Shown here: positions 12,839 to 31,552 of the stretch, piece by piece
Numbering within the stretch: position 1 is the first letter of the stretch
How the letters are laid out: each line of letters begins with the position of its first letter
NCBI GenBank assembly: GCA_965213685.1
Contig: CBDBZY010000018.1
Span: forward strand, 640,001 to 704,000
Reading direction: 5' to 3'
Length of the DNA: 64,000 nucleotides
Source of the DNA: a bacterium
Lineage (GTDB): Bacteria > UBA8248
Position numbers and translations under genes: made by a program
The notes under the pieces: model-generated
Database searches by the model: none
What the model saw: the letters and a program-made list of their open reading frames with translations, nothing else
What the model was told of the DNA's origin: nothing

Positions 12839-13444
12839 CAGTATGTTTCAAAAAAAAGTTAATGTTTGTCTCCATTGCACGGTAAGCTCGAAGCAATGGA
12901 TTGGTAATAACGAGGCAACGGAACAGAAGCAACACGCTAACAAGGAAGCACAAAAGTAGAATGATAATTGGCAAAAAACACGGAAACAGTAAAACAGAAA
13001 TGGCAGCACGATAACACGGAAGTTTGTGCCCGTGACCATCTAAGAGATTTTGAAGCTCTTTCGCTGTTGTTTCGTCCTTTCCTCACTGCTTCTCGACGAT
13101 GGTCTTGACACTCTCCATCCATCGTCCACTACCAGTGCGCCTTGACATTCTACCATTCGTTAGTACTTTGTAAGTAGTTGTGCACACCCACCTGGGACAC
13201 TAATGCCCTCTGCACGAAGAGCCTTGGCTATAGATGTGCAGCACAGAAGTTTGTTAGTGCATATACAGCACGCAAACACGGAAACTGTAAAATGGAAGTG
13301 CTTCATTTAGATGGAACGAAAGCGCCAAAATTCAGCATTTCGTTTCCACAAAACGGTATCAACACGCAGACGAAACGAAGATGAAACAGAATATTCCGTT
13401 CCGTGCAACGGAGACAAAACATTAACTTTTTTTGAGCCATACTG
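12839..13444. mobile_element. MITE with about 40-bp TIRs and TA TSD
   Basis: CAGTATGTTTCAAAAAAAAGTTAATGTTTGTCTCCATTGCACGG / CCGTGCAACGGAGACAAAACATTAACTTTTTTTGAGCCATACTG. Confidence 0.85.
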
Positions 13445-13887
13445 TACCTACACATCACACAAGCACCAGCTGACTCACTTAGACACTCAATTGTTTTCAG
13501 TGTTGCTGCATGTGCTAGTACATGTACATGTACAAGTACATGTACACATGTGCATGTTCCTCTACAAGTAAATGTTTGAAGTACGCATACATGTACAGTA
13601 TATATTGTACTTATAATGCATGTACATGTACATGTACATGCATGTCATCTACATGCACAACGTACATGTACACGTGTATGTACATACATAATGTCAAAGG
13701 TTTCTACATGCACTTCGAGTCCTGCTTGAGGCATCTCATTTTTTTCCTCCAGAAGAGAGAAAGAGCTGTCTTCAGGTGTACACAGTACATGTAGTTGCTT
13801 TGCATCGCCTTGTCTCTATGACCAAGTTTGTAATTGCTCAGTGTGGAGTTGGTGTCTTTGGTGGGGTGTACCCCAGGCCCTCTCATT

Positions 13888-14135
13888 AATACTGAGTTAA
13901 GAGTTACCTTACGCTCTTTATCAGGGGAGACACCTTGTCCTAGTACTAACTTTTGAAGATTCAGCCTGCCCAGCTGAGCTGCCTGGGTGGCTCAGTTGAT
14001 AGAGCACCTGCATGTTGGCAGGATGTTGCGGGTTTGAGTCCTGAGGCAGCTCATCTTTTGTCTGAAAAAAATGGAGCTGTCTTCATGGGTTGTTGCTTTG
14101 CATTGCCTTGTCTCTATGACACAATTTACATGTAC
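13888..14135 (+). mobile_element. tRNA-related repeat family A copy
   Basis: Same leader, tRNA-like core and TGCCTTGTCTCTATGAC 3' part, followed by TACATGTACATG. Confidence 0.75.
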
Positions 14136-14363
14136 ATGTATATATCTTTCTGCAGATGATTACCTCAGGGAGGGTGTGTCCTTGTGGTGGCTACAGGACA
14201 CAAGGTTCAAGATCCCTCGCGTCAACATGCACTGCTCCATTGAGTCAGTCAGAGCTGAGAAGAGTCCACGATGGATGGGTACATTATGCTGCATACTGTA
14301 CTTGTACAGATATACATTACGTGTACAGTACATGTGCATGTACATGTACATGTACATCATTTA

Positions 14364-14504
14364 CAGTAGACGTCAAGAAAAATCTAACTGTTGCAACATA
14401 GTACACTAGCATTATATAGTACTTGTATGTACTACACTGTCAACTTCGAGTGTAGTTGCAACATAGTACACTAGTGTAGTGTATAGCTAATTCTGAAGTC
14501 TACT
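14364..14504. mobile_element. Short MITE related to 7090-9241
   Basis: CAGTAGACGTCAAGAA...TTCTGAAGTCTACTG, flanked by TA. Confidence 0.65.
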
Positions 14505-14638
14505 GTACATGACTGTGCAGTGTGCAAGGGTAGCACACTTGTGTATGCATGTATGTTCCATGTGCAGTGTGCACTTGCAGGAACAATCAGTAAGGTACAT
14601 GTACATTAAAAGAAAGAAGGAAGAAATGGATATATATT

Positions 14639-15790
14639 AGTTAAAGCACCGCCACGAGTACTTTACGGGAAATATTGGACGAGGGCGTGGTCGAGAAGCT
14701 AATATAGCTATATTAGGCTTCGAGACCACGCCCGAGTTCAATATTTCCCGTGAAGTACGAGAGTAGGCGGTGCTTTAACTGGTTTATAGTATGTGATAAC
14801 GTAATGCGTATCCAACCAATCAGACTCCAAGCTGCTATTTTTAGACACTTCGGGTGGCACGAGACCAGCTTCTAGAAGCTTCTATGTGTCTACGTAATGC
14901 GTCTCCAACCAACCAGATTCAAAGCTACTATTTTTAGACGCTTCCAGTACTAGCTTAGAAAGCGCGCCAAGGTTAGCTAACGGATCCAGCTCTGTTGCTG
15001 CTCGTGCTGCGTTTGTGAGGGCTTGGTTCAAGCTGCTACTTCGTTTTCCTGTCTTGGGATCAGGATGGACTCTGAGTAAGATGCCGCGAAGCAGGTTGAT
15101 GCTGTGTCACCTCGTCTTCTTTGTCGAATTGAAGGAACAGTGTTAGACCCTCGATTTGACCTTGGAATTGGAGCCGAATGGAGCGAAGACAGCCAGGTTC
15201 TTGAACAAGACAAGGACTGAGAAACTTATTGCTGAGAAACGTATTGCTTAGGGACTGAGAAACTTATTGCTGATAAAACAGGCCACCGCAGCCTGAAAGC
15301 ACTTCGTTTTTATGAACGCACACAACCCTCTATGGAGCAAGCAGTTAATGCTGTAATTGCCAACCCAGAGTGCAAGTTCTCTGGATTTGACAAGGTGAAT
15401 CTCCCGGAGATTAAGCCACTTGTAGAGGACGATTCAGGTACTGAAAAGTGTGCTTCTTCTGCTGGTCATACCTTCTCTGGAACCCTAAGCAATTGCACAA
15501 TCAACATCACTTACAATAAGTAATGCTATGTATGCCACCAAGTTTACCATTCCTTGTACAAGAGCCAGTGTTCATTTATCTTCATTTATCACCATGTACT
15601 ATAATTATGATACTTCCTGTGTTATATGATACTTCCTGTGCTATATGATATTCCATATAGCACAGGAAGTCCCATTGACGCTGTACATTGCGCAGTGCTA
15701 TATGACCACGAGCGGCACAGGCGGTACCTTTGATCCGCCCACGCAAAATACTATAAATTTATATAATATTTTCTGTAAGTAATGATACAT
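14639..15790 (+). mobile_element. Crypton-like (tyrosine recombinase) transposon remnant
   Basis: 15257-15523 reads EKLIADKTGHRSLKALRFYERTQPS, matching the C-terminal GH..S...Y motif of Crypton/DUF3504 recombinases. A ~140-bp imperfect hairpin lies at 14639-14780. Boundaries are approximate. Confidence 0.65.
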
Positions 15791-17166
15791 AAATAGCTCT
15801 AAATTCTTAATTAACCCTTGGTGTGCATGCAACAGAGGGCTACTGTATTTGTGTGTGTGTGTGTGTGTCTCCACTGGAGCTAATCTGTGGACTGGTGCTA
15901 GTAAACGTGTAACTGAAGGTACTAGCGGCTTGAGCGGCACAGTTTCACTAAAAAGACATTTTCTCTAAAACTGCTTCGTTAGAAAGTTAGAAGAAGCATT
16001 AAAAACTTACCGGGACCAAGCCAGCTCAGGTCCACCTTTTTGTTCATGTTGCAATGTTTCATATACAATATACTGTACATGTACATGTACCTCTTCATTT
16101 CACACCCGTAAATCTAGTGTGATAATGGATCTGCCTAAGCGCATGAGTGTACAAGGCTAGTAGGTGCACACACGTATGTGCATAGGCCCTAGAACAAAGA
16201 CAAGGCAGGACACTAGACTATAACCCAGTTGTATGGACTTAAACCAACAATGCTTGCATCATCTGTGCAGGCTGTTGTAGCATGCAATGCAACTACACTG
16301 AGGGTTTGTACTTTAGTGCTTTTAATTTTTAATGTAGTAAATGCATATGTACATACATGTACATGATTGTGGTGGACAGATCTGACCACAGATCTGACCA
16401 CAGATCTGACCGTCCTCTACATCAACCTGGTTGCAGAGGCTCTCACCCCTGCCCTCTATGCAGTCTCTGAGCTCACCTACTCTGCCTCTCTCTCAGCCAC
16501 TCCTCGAGGCCTCACCCTCTCCATCTTAGGCTTCAGTGATCAGGACGTGATGGAGAGGTTCCTGAGCACTGCCCTTATTCGTGAGTCTACATATGATGTT
16601 GGTACATGTACATGTACATTACTATGCTACATGTATACATTTACATTACCTGACTTGTACAATTGCACGTATGTGTGGAGCCTGTCTGTGGATGTTTTGT
16701 ATGTTGCATGAATATGTTCGTACATGTATATGTACTAATTTGCTCTCATTCTTCCACAGAGCTGAGGAACACCTCTAGTATGGCTCATCTCTTTGATCAA
16801 GTGAGAGAGTCCCGTCAGCAGTACCTGATGAACTATGGACTTACCACTCTGCCATACCGATACATCTACCAGTACCTCCAACCGTAAGTACCACACACAC
16901 ATTCCTGTGCACCTTCCACATACATGCACATGTACATGTACATGTATATGTATATGTAACTGAAGAATATGTACATTGCACGGGATGGGTAGGTTCACCA
17001 CTTCGGTTGCATTGCATTGCTTATCCTAGGATTTGTAACCCACCCAGCTACCTTGCATATGGTACATACAGCTCAGTTGGTAGGGTACTAGTCTAAACAC
17101 CTGATTGTCACAGGTTCTTCCCACTCATTTGCTTGTACATGTATATAAAGCCTATTATGTACTATA

Positions 17167-18048
17167 CAGTAAAACGTTTTCGTGCCATGTTTGTGCAGTG
17201 GCTATTCAAAAATGTTTACTGTTCTGTCTTTGTACTGTTTCTGCATTCTGTGTTTAGTTTTATGTGTTTGAAGCTGATAGATGAGCGATACCGTGTTTGA
17301 AGTGACGAATTGAAGCAGCGAAGGAAGAGCAACAACGAGACCACAGCAAAACAGCTGGGCCAAGCTCACTGTTATTCTCTGGTAGCTCCTTCATTGCCTT
17401 TCTTAGGGACATATTGACAGACGAAATCTTTCCTCACCAACTTTGAATAATAGTAACACTTCGACCGTTCTATGCAACATGTGACTGAAGTTTCGCTTAA
17501 ATAAATGGTATGTAGAATGCACCATGGAACAGGACTGTTGTACGGTACAATGCGTGTTTTGAAAAACATGAAATGGAAACTTGTTCCTGTTTCCCATCTG
17601 TTCCGTTCTGGTCAGGTCTGGTCTGTTCCCGTTTGCATGCCGTTTTCTTGCACATTCATGCGTTACGTTTGGTCAGTCCGCTTGTGGAATACAGTGAACT
17701 GGATCTACACATAAGCCTAAATCCTCAGCAAAAGCTAACCAGTAACCTATGCGCTTTGGTGACGTTGCATCGCCTCTCAAACTCCCCTTTAAGTTCTTTG
17801 AGAAGCATAGTGATCTCTTTTGCACTGTAACTGTAGTCATGAAACGCAATGCGCTTCTTGACATACTCGAAAAGCTCACAGGGGACCGTCGGACAGCACT
17901 AGACACAAGCTACTCGAACTGCCACACAAACGAAATTGTATGGCATGATGGAATGGACAATGATTGCACATAAATTGAACGTAATGGAATGGAACGGTCC
18001 GTTGAACAGCCACTTAACAAACAGGAAATGGGTTATTGACGCCTACTG
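17167..18048. mobile_element. Probable degenerate MITE (CAGTA...TACTG ends, TA flanks)
   Basis: CpG-rich intronic insert with the same terminal pentamer as the other TA-TSD MITEs; TIR match is weak. Confidence 0.45.
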
Positions 18049-20809
18049 TACATGCATGTAAATGTACATACATATAGTCTCTTTCTTCTCACCCTTAACC
18101 ACTGCTTGTGTTCTTACCTTCTTCTCTCCCTTCTTTATGTCTTGTCCTGTGCATTCTTTCCCATCTTTTCTTTCCCATCTTCTCTCCCATCTTCTGTCCC
18201 ATCTATTCCCTCCCTTTTCTTCCTTTGTTGTCACCATCTCCTCCTCCTCCTCTCACAGTGTGATAATGGAGGGACCATACTGGAAACATGAACAGTTGTT
18301 TAACTAGACACTTTCAGTATCATTTGAAGATGTTGTTACACATGTAGAGCAGTTGTTCTCTAATGCCAGTGTCATTTGCTTTGCTCATGGGAATATTGCT
18401 AAAGACCAGGTAACATCAACTACTACATAGTGCTCTACATATACATGTAGTAAGGATTTCATACACATATTTAACGTTCTTTTTTCTTGTTTGTACTCTC
18501 TTGCCATTTTCCTTCCCCCCCTCCCCCCTTTCATTTGCCCTCTCCCTTTCCTTCACTCCTTTCCTTCTCTCTTCAGGCTAAGCACTACACTCAGCTGGTG
18601 GTTCAAAACCTTGCCCTACCCTCCCTCCCTCATGCTCCACCCCATGGTGCAAGAGATCGAGTGCAATTGACTGCAGTGGGAAACTACAGTGTAACACTGC
18701 CAACACTCAATCCCAATGACCACAACTCAGCTGTTAATGTTATACACCAGGTATTGTGTTTGTACATCTGCACAATTATGTACTGACAGTAGGTATACTG
18801 TAAATATGTTTGTGTTAAAAGTTTTCATGGGAATGGATTGTTACACAAATGTTTAACCCCTACTTTTTTTCATGTGGTCATGCATAGTCATGACAATAAG
18901 TATTAGTCTTGTTGGCTTAAGTGGTAGCATGTAAAGAATGTTATGGGATAACCTCTTCAGGTCTAGTACATCATGCATTCTCTGGCTCGAAATGCTAGCA
19001 AATCAACACCATAGCTGTTGCTTTGCCTTCATTTTTTAGTAGCTTGTACTTGTGCAGCATACTTGTGCTACTTTGATGAAGTGTTCATAGTAGAAAAGTA
19101 TTTTGTGCATTATTAAATTTTTCAGAGCTGTTGTAGCCTATCAAATTATTTTGCGCCAAAATTTCTTGTTTGATGGTAGTATATGTAGTGTATGTACATA
19201 TACTTGAAAAATGCAGAAATAGTGTTGTGCATGTATTACACTAGAGCTTGTTGTTTGGTAATGGATTTTTAGAGGGTGTACTAGACCACAAAATAGAATG
19301 TACTGGTGCTCTACACTACGTACTACTGCATGCATGTACATATACTCGTATGCAAACATACATTTTCATATACATGTACACGTACATGTACTTGTATATG
19401 TAATGGATTGTCTTATTGTCTCCATGCTCAGGTTGCCCAACCTGCTCTGGGAACACAAAGTGTCCTCCTGACTCACTGATGGCGGCTGCTCATCTCGGAC
19501 TGCTGGGCCAGATCATACCTGTGAGTCTCCATGCATTCACATGTACATGGAGCAGCACATTTTGCACCACAGTTTACCTGTACTTGTACACATGTTTTTT
19601 TCCCTACCATTCTAGGACTTTTGCTTCTACCAACTTCGCACTGTGGAGCAGTTGGGCTACGTGGCTTTCTGTTTCCAGACCAGCAGTGAGAGCGTGGGCT
19701 CATTCCAGGTGGTGGTGCAGAGTGAGAAGTACAGTGCTCCATATGTGCTAGGGGAGATTGACAAATTCCTCGTCACTTTTGGCGATAACTTTGCCAACAT
19801 GACCACATTAGAGTGGACCACTCAGAAGGAGCAGTATGAGACAACCCTGAAGCAGAAGGAACAGACTCTGACTGATGAAAGTGATGTGCTGTGGGGGGAG
19901 ATCATCACTGGCAGGGAACAGTTTGACTACCAGCAGCAGTTGGTAGAAATATTACCAAACATCACACTAGAGAGCATGCAGTAATTCTACAGTACTCACA
20001 TTACCAACTCAGCTGAGTATAGGAAGATGGTCATTGGGGTGCATGGCAAGGGCAGTAGTGCAAACTTTACAGATGCCAACTTTATATATTGTCTTAGCTA
20101 CAGTAGACTCAACCAGACTGCCCTGGAATATCCCAGTGGAGATGTCAACTGTGCCTGAGGCTCAGTTACCTTTTAATTTTATTGTTTTCATGACCCTGTA
20201 TGTGAAAGAGTTTCATTTGTTGTACATGTATGTCGTTCTTCCATTCTTTCTTTCCCCTCCCAGAGTTGTGCACTTTTACATCATACATTAGACTCTACTC
20301 ACCTCTACATTTTCATTCTCTCTATTATCTCTTCCATATTTTATACATGTATACTAGTATTTTCAATTCTGTGCCCCTTAACTGAATGGCAGTCTAAATG
20401 TACAACTTAACCAAACATCCATTTTGTGATCCACATGTTATTAGTAATAACGAATGTGATGAATTGTGCAATTAAGAAGTAGTTCCGTATGAGGCCCTAG
20501 CATGAAGTTTATTCCTGTGTTCTCTGTGCCCTTTACTAACAGAAAGCCTGTAAGCTTACAAATGAATGATAATTGGGTTATTGTGGCACCATTGTCTGAC
20601 ATTAAAATTTAATGTGCATCACTGTGGTATATTAATATTCTATGCTTTCATAGCATCAATGCATGGCATGAGAAAGTTTTAGTCATGTATGGACTGTCAG
20701 CGGGATATTAATATTCTCTGCTTTCATAGCATCACTGCATGATATTGTGTGGACTTTATTCAGCAGAAGGACAATATTCGTTACACGGCAAAGTACATGA
20801 CCCAATAAC

Positions 20810-21241
20810 TAGGCCTTTGTGGATTATGTTGGGAAAAATAGGTACTTCTGAGCAAAAAGAATTATGCAGGAAAAATATAGGTTTATTTTTCTGATAATGC
20901 AGGAAAATTTTAATAGGTACAGGTCTACAGCAACTGGTCTAAAGCATGTAAATTGGATATAGAGCAGCCTCCCTCAGCCGCAGCTGAGCCTGTCCTTTCA
21001 ATTTTATTCACCTTCTCTACAGCATAGGAATCATCATTGGAAGACTACACGTGTATACAACTATCAGTCATGTTGCAGAACAAGTATATTATAGCTTTGT
21101 ACATTCAGCAAAGTGTTATTTAATATTATGGTAACTCACAAGAAAAATTGGCAATACAAACAGAAAAATAGGCCACTTGAAAGAAAAGAAAAAAAAAAAG
21201 AAAAAATAGGCTAAATGTTGAGCATAATCCACAAAGGCCTA
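20810..21241. mobile_element. Non-autonomous hAT-type MITE
   Basis: TIR TAGGCCTTTGTGGATTATG / CATAATCCACAAAGGCCTA; perfect 8-bp TSD CCAATAAC (20802-20809, 21242-21249). Confidence 0.9.
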
Positions 21242-22548
21242 CCAATAACACTCAGACACGCACAGGGGATTGCATTCCATTGTGCCTATTTCATAACAAT
21301 GAGGTTCTTCATAATGTCAAAGCTGTTGCCATCTGGTTGCAGAGTCAGCTGTTCCCCGCTCTGTGTCTGAACCAACAGGTAGCCATACTCATTGTTGCCA
21401 AGAATGGTCACCTGCTCATTGCCTCTGCTGGCCAGTCCCACAGTTGCATTACTGCAATAGCACGAGAGAATAATTCACAGTATAGGAAATCTCTCCAGTA
21501 CTGTGGCTTATATCGACACATCTAGGAGAGCACTTGAACTTACACTCTTGAACTTACACTCTCACATGCAAAATTAATATCTGATGAATTACATTGCATG
21601 CAGGTAATCAATGGCCAGCAATGGAAAAAACTACAGTATACAACAGCCAGACATCTCCCTCCACTCCTCCCACTGTCCATTTTCCCCCTGCTCGTCCTCA
21701 TGTCCTGATTGATCAGATGCTTTGGGTTCATAGCCTCTCATTGTTGCTAGGACAGTCACCAAGCTTCTTGGGAGAGAGAGGTGGACTCTGGGCAAATCTG
21801 ACCTTGACCTCTGGCCCCCCAGCACTGTTCTTGCCACACACATAGCTCCTGCCTCAACCGCTTCTCTTTCGGGTGAGCCATTCAAAGCCTTGACCCCTAC
21901 AATTGTGTGCTGCCTGAGAGTCTGGGGAAAGTTGCATCCCATAGCGGTATTAACGACAGGGTGCATGCTCAGCAGCGTACCGCCCTCCTGTAGATATAGG
22001 ACTTGACCTCCCTCAGCACGGCAGGGCTGCATACGTCTGGCTCGGTCCCTGTGGGCACCACGAGGATCTTTCCATGGCGCCTTGAACAGGTCCCTGGCTC
22101 CCAGAGGATACACCACGTACCTCTCCTTACATGTCTAAACAGGCCGTGAGGAACAACGAGTCGTTTTCTAGCACTTCCGTCTGGCGAGTGAGATGATGAG
22201 CGGTTTAGCCATGGCCATGGGTGCCGTGGAATACTTGGCTACTTTGGCGGCTGCTGTACTCGCGCGTACAAAGATACGGGAGTAGTGACGACCGAAAGTC
22301 CCCACCCACTTCCACATCAGTATCCTATACTAGCAGCCCGGGCCAGCCCGTGCGCGAGGGTACGTGAGGGTCCGGGCAGTACGGGTTGGCTAGGGCTAGG
22401 GCTAGAACGTGAAGTGGAACGTGGAAATACAGTGTTCAACATATCAAAACTGGTGGCCGGGTTGTTCTCTTTGCACGCGGGGGAGTGCACTACACACTTG
22501 GCTGAGACGTGCGTCAGCCGGCACCTCGTTCCACATACAAAGTTACTC

Positions 22549-22894
22549 AGGGGTGGATCCAAGGCTAGAGTAGAGGGGGATACAATTTTAGGCTAGTTGG
22601 ATATATTTCACTCAATTATGAGCACCACTTTACTAGTTAGCCTCGCAAGCCAGCTGTATTTCTCCGCGCACGGGAAAAATACGGCTGGCTTGCGAGGCTA
22701 TTTATAAATAAATTCAATTTTACTCTGAAAAAGCGCAACGCGTATACTTGCACAGTGTATAAAAAAGGTCGCTGGGTATCAGCACGCGTGCCCGTACAAG
22801 AAACCTTCAATACGTACATGTACAGTGCGTATATAAATAAACGAAGTTAAGGGGGGATGTGCTTCCTATGCCCCCCTCCCCTAGATCCGCCACT
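22549..22894. mobile_element. MITE (AG(G/T)GG(T/C)GGATC ends) containing a 63-bp palindromic mini-element
   Basis: GTTACTC on both flanks. Internal TAGCCTCGCAAGCCAGC...GCTGGCTTGCGAGGCTA at 22638-22700; half of that mini-element also occurs at 6110-6150. Confidence 0.65.
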
Positions 22895-24292
22895 GTTACT
22901 CGGCATGCCGGTGAATAAGTTACAAGCTTTAGTCAGTCTAGTCCCTATATAACCAAGCTACTGTACTACTACCTCTATATCCTTAGTAATATATACTAGG
23001 TAGTTCCCCAGACAAGCCCTAGCCCTTGCCCTGTCCAACGACTAGTCCTGGCCTTTGGTCCTTCACGCCACCAAACAAATCAGTCCCCAACCCAGCCGTG
23101 GACCCCGCCATGCTCTGCAAAATCGATGAAGCAATGTGAAACTGGTCATCTCTATGAGTGTGTAGCTATTATTATTTTTATTGTTGTTTCACACAACAAA
23201 TACAGGTGCAGAGAGGGAGAAGAAGATAGAAGTGAGAAGGCATGAAACAAATAGGATATGTTCAAAAGGCAAATGAACTACGGCATGATCTTATATGAAC
23301 ATCATTCTCATTAAATAGCCTTTCTTAAATAGAACCATACATAAAACTGTACCCTACAAAAGAGTGTGGAAAACATAGAGTCGGAAACTACTGTCTTGAC
23401 AATAGGGAGTTCACAGAGTAAACAGTAAGAAACAAACTTATATTTGACAAATAGGATTACAAACAAAGGAGATCGTGGCAGCTAGTACTGAGACATTATT
23501 AGAGGTACTGAAGATGTAACAGTAAGGCTAACTTAGTTCTCTATACTTTTCATCATTTGTACTGACCTATATCTTCTTAAGATGTACTGTCTTCCTTTCT
23601 ATCGATGTTATACTATGGTCCCTTTCATCTCCGGCCTGATATGAAGTCTCTTCAGGTTTCAATAAATAAGATCCAGAGAAAAATTTGGTACTGGCCTAGG
23701 GCCCCTCATGCATAGCCGCTACGAGCAAATTGCAATCATGCACATGCACACACGAACACCTGATCATGGGTTATGTAGACCTCCTAATAGAACTCGGAGA
23801 CTAATGGGATGTGAGTTTTGTCCGCTATAAACTCAGGTCCCAAACTTTGTAATGGACAAAACCTCAGATCCTAATGGTGTCCTGTTTAGAGAGGTTCCAC
23901 TGTGTGTTGATTTAGCAGTGAGACAGAGCTTTTTCTTGTTCCTTCAAAGAAATACTAGGTTATAAGGTACTGTGAGAAAGTTTGATGTAGAAGCCATGCT
24001 CTGTGTTGATAATAATCTGCTGCTTTTAGACAAATAATAATTGCTACATCCATCCACAGGTAAGCATGCAATCCATTATGAAGATAAAATTTATGCTCCA
24101 TATAATATGCAAGGTGGCCTCTATAGTTATTGCTACATTTGCATTCGCCTTCCATGTTATAGAAATGTGCTTGGCAAGTTGATAATATTCAGAAGTCCTT
24201 CCTGTATCAAATTGGTCTTGCCTACATACATTACAACTTTGTTATGGCCAACATTCAAGGTCACCCTGTCCATATACAAAGATATAGTAGTA

Positions 24293-25320
<1,028 letters not shown>

Positions 25321-25690
25321 ACAACTGTATGCATGCACAAGATGGTGTGACTGCTCAATACCACAGAAAAATGTGTACCAAATACATCAGCAGAATGGTA
25401 TCACTATATATAATGCTACAAAAATGTCGTTAAACATTCTGGGAATATTAGTGGACAAGAATTCACAGTGTCATAATATTATCACCTAAGTACAAAAAGT
25501 TTGAAGTGTAAGTCTGAGATCTGTAGCTGCATGCATACTCAAATGATATAAACCAGCAGAGATACAAACCAGCAGAGATAACAAGCCAAAGACTACAAAC
25601 CAAGCTACACACAAATGCAGTCAGTTAAAGATTGAACTTGACAGAATCCACTGATATTCCTGTGATATGAGAAAAATGGTCATCTTCTAG

Positions 25691-30526
<4,836 letters not shown>

Positions 30527-31299
30527 CTGAGTGAATATGTCTGTTCATGTAGAAGGAAGTAGCAATATAAGGTAAGGGCAGGCAAAAGCCAGTATAATTG
30601 CTAAGTGTAGTAAGCCAATGCGGCACTGCCTGCACTTTGAATTCACATAAAAATTTTTGGGGGGTTATTCCGATGTCATAGTATTGTGTTTACAGCGCAG
30701 TAGTGTGATTGTCCGCCGTTACTGCATGGCGCTTCGAACGGCACGGTCGTAAAAATAGCGTTCGTACTCGCACTCTCCGCGGTCTCCTGCAGGTTGGGCG
30801 TGGCCTGCTTTGGCCTCTGCCTTCGCAGCTGCGCCTTTGGAAATAGCAGAACGCTTATATAGGTCTTATGAGAGCTTTATGTCCCTTGGCGTGTTGAAGG
30901 AAGTAGCGCAGGCATCAACGCAGCATATAGCGCATGCGGAACGAGGTTGCATGTGACATTTTGCTCATGGGCGGTTATTGACTTTTTACTCCCACCCTGA
31001 GGGTCAAGGTTCACAATTAAGACCACCTTGAAGCTGGCAACAGGTGTCAAACAACGTGAAGAAGGACGATCGCGCGCTTCATGAGCGGCCAGAATGATTA
31101 CTGACGCCGAACTCAGACCGACTGAGGGTACGGACAATGGACTGCCTTTATCCGAAACCCTCACAGAGCAAGATTGTAAGTATAGTATCATAGATATTAG
31201 AGACACGTCTCTAATATCTATGATAGTATCTATCGATTGCGTGGGAACTTCACCGCTAAACTCCAAGTTGTGACCAAGCCTTCGTTTGGCTCTATCATG

Positions 31300-31484
31300 C
31301 ATTGGCGTATGAGAGGCATAAATATTGGGGAGGCGGACAGAGCGCAAAGCCTTTAAACACTTTGGGGAGGAGCTTATTATTATGTCAACAAGAATCAGGC
31401 CTAAAATATTGGGGGGACTCTGCCCCCTCCAGAAAAATATTGGGGGGGCTCCAGCCCCCCAGCCCCCCCCTTCCTACGTCTATG
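31300..31484. mobile_element. Small MITE (CAT(A/T)G(G/A)CGTA ends, G/C-run subterminal motifs)
   Basis: CATTGGCGTA...TACGTCTATG with internal TATTGGGGG repeats; TSD not clean. Confidence 0.5.
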
Positions 31485-31552
31485 CTATGTGTGTGTGGCA
31501 GTTGAAGAGTTAATGTAAGCCATCAGTGTGTGTTTGAATGTTGTGATATATG

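Larger units (their letters stand above)
2844..20158 (+). pseudogene. M16A (insulysin/nardilysin/pitrilysin family) zinc metallopeptidase, probable pseudogene, probably a secreted type
   Basis: Inverted zincin motif GLAHFCEHML, plus EVHAVNSEHEKN, LGHEGQGS and FYQLRTVEQLGYV. Exons with GT-AG borders: (2844-2984 tentative), 3656-4310, 11292-11714, 12099-12212, 12363-12784, 14156-14278, ~16404-16580, 16760-16883, 18259-18409, 18577-18750, ~19432-19520, 19616-20158. Lesions: TGA 11373, frameshift ~11480, TGA 11497, TAG 18305, TAA 19982, and a probable phase defect at ~19432. Confidence 0.88.

Noticed and set aside
21560-23110. Possible Gypsy gag/PBS/LTR remnant on the minus strand
   Set aside because: Only weak hints (MAKPLII start, degenerate PBS-like GAAGTGGG); no paired LTRs or pol motifs could be established.
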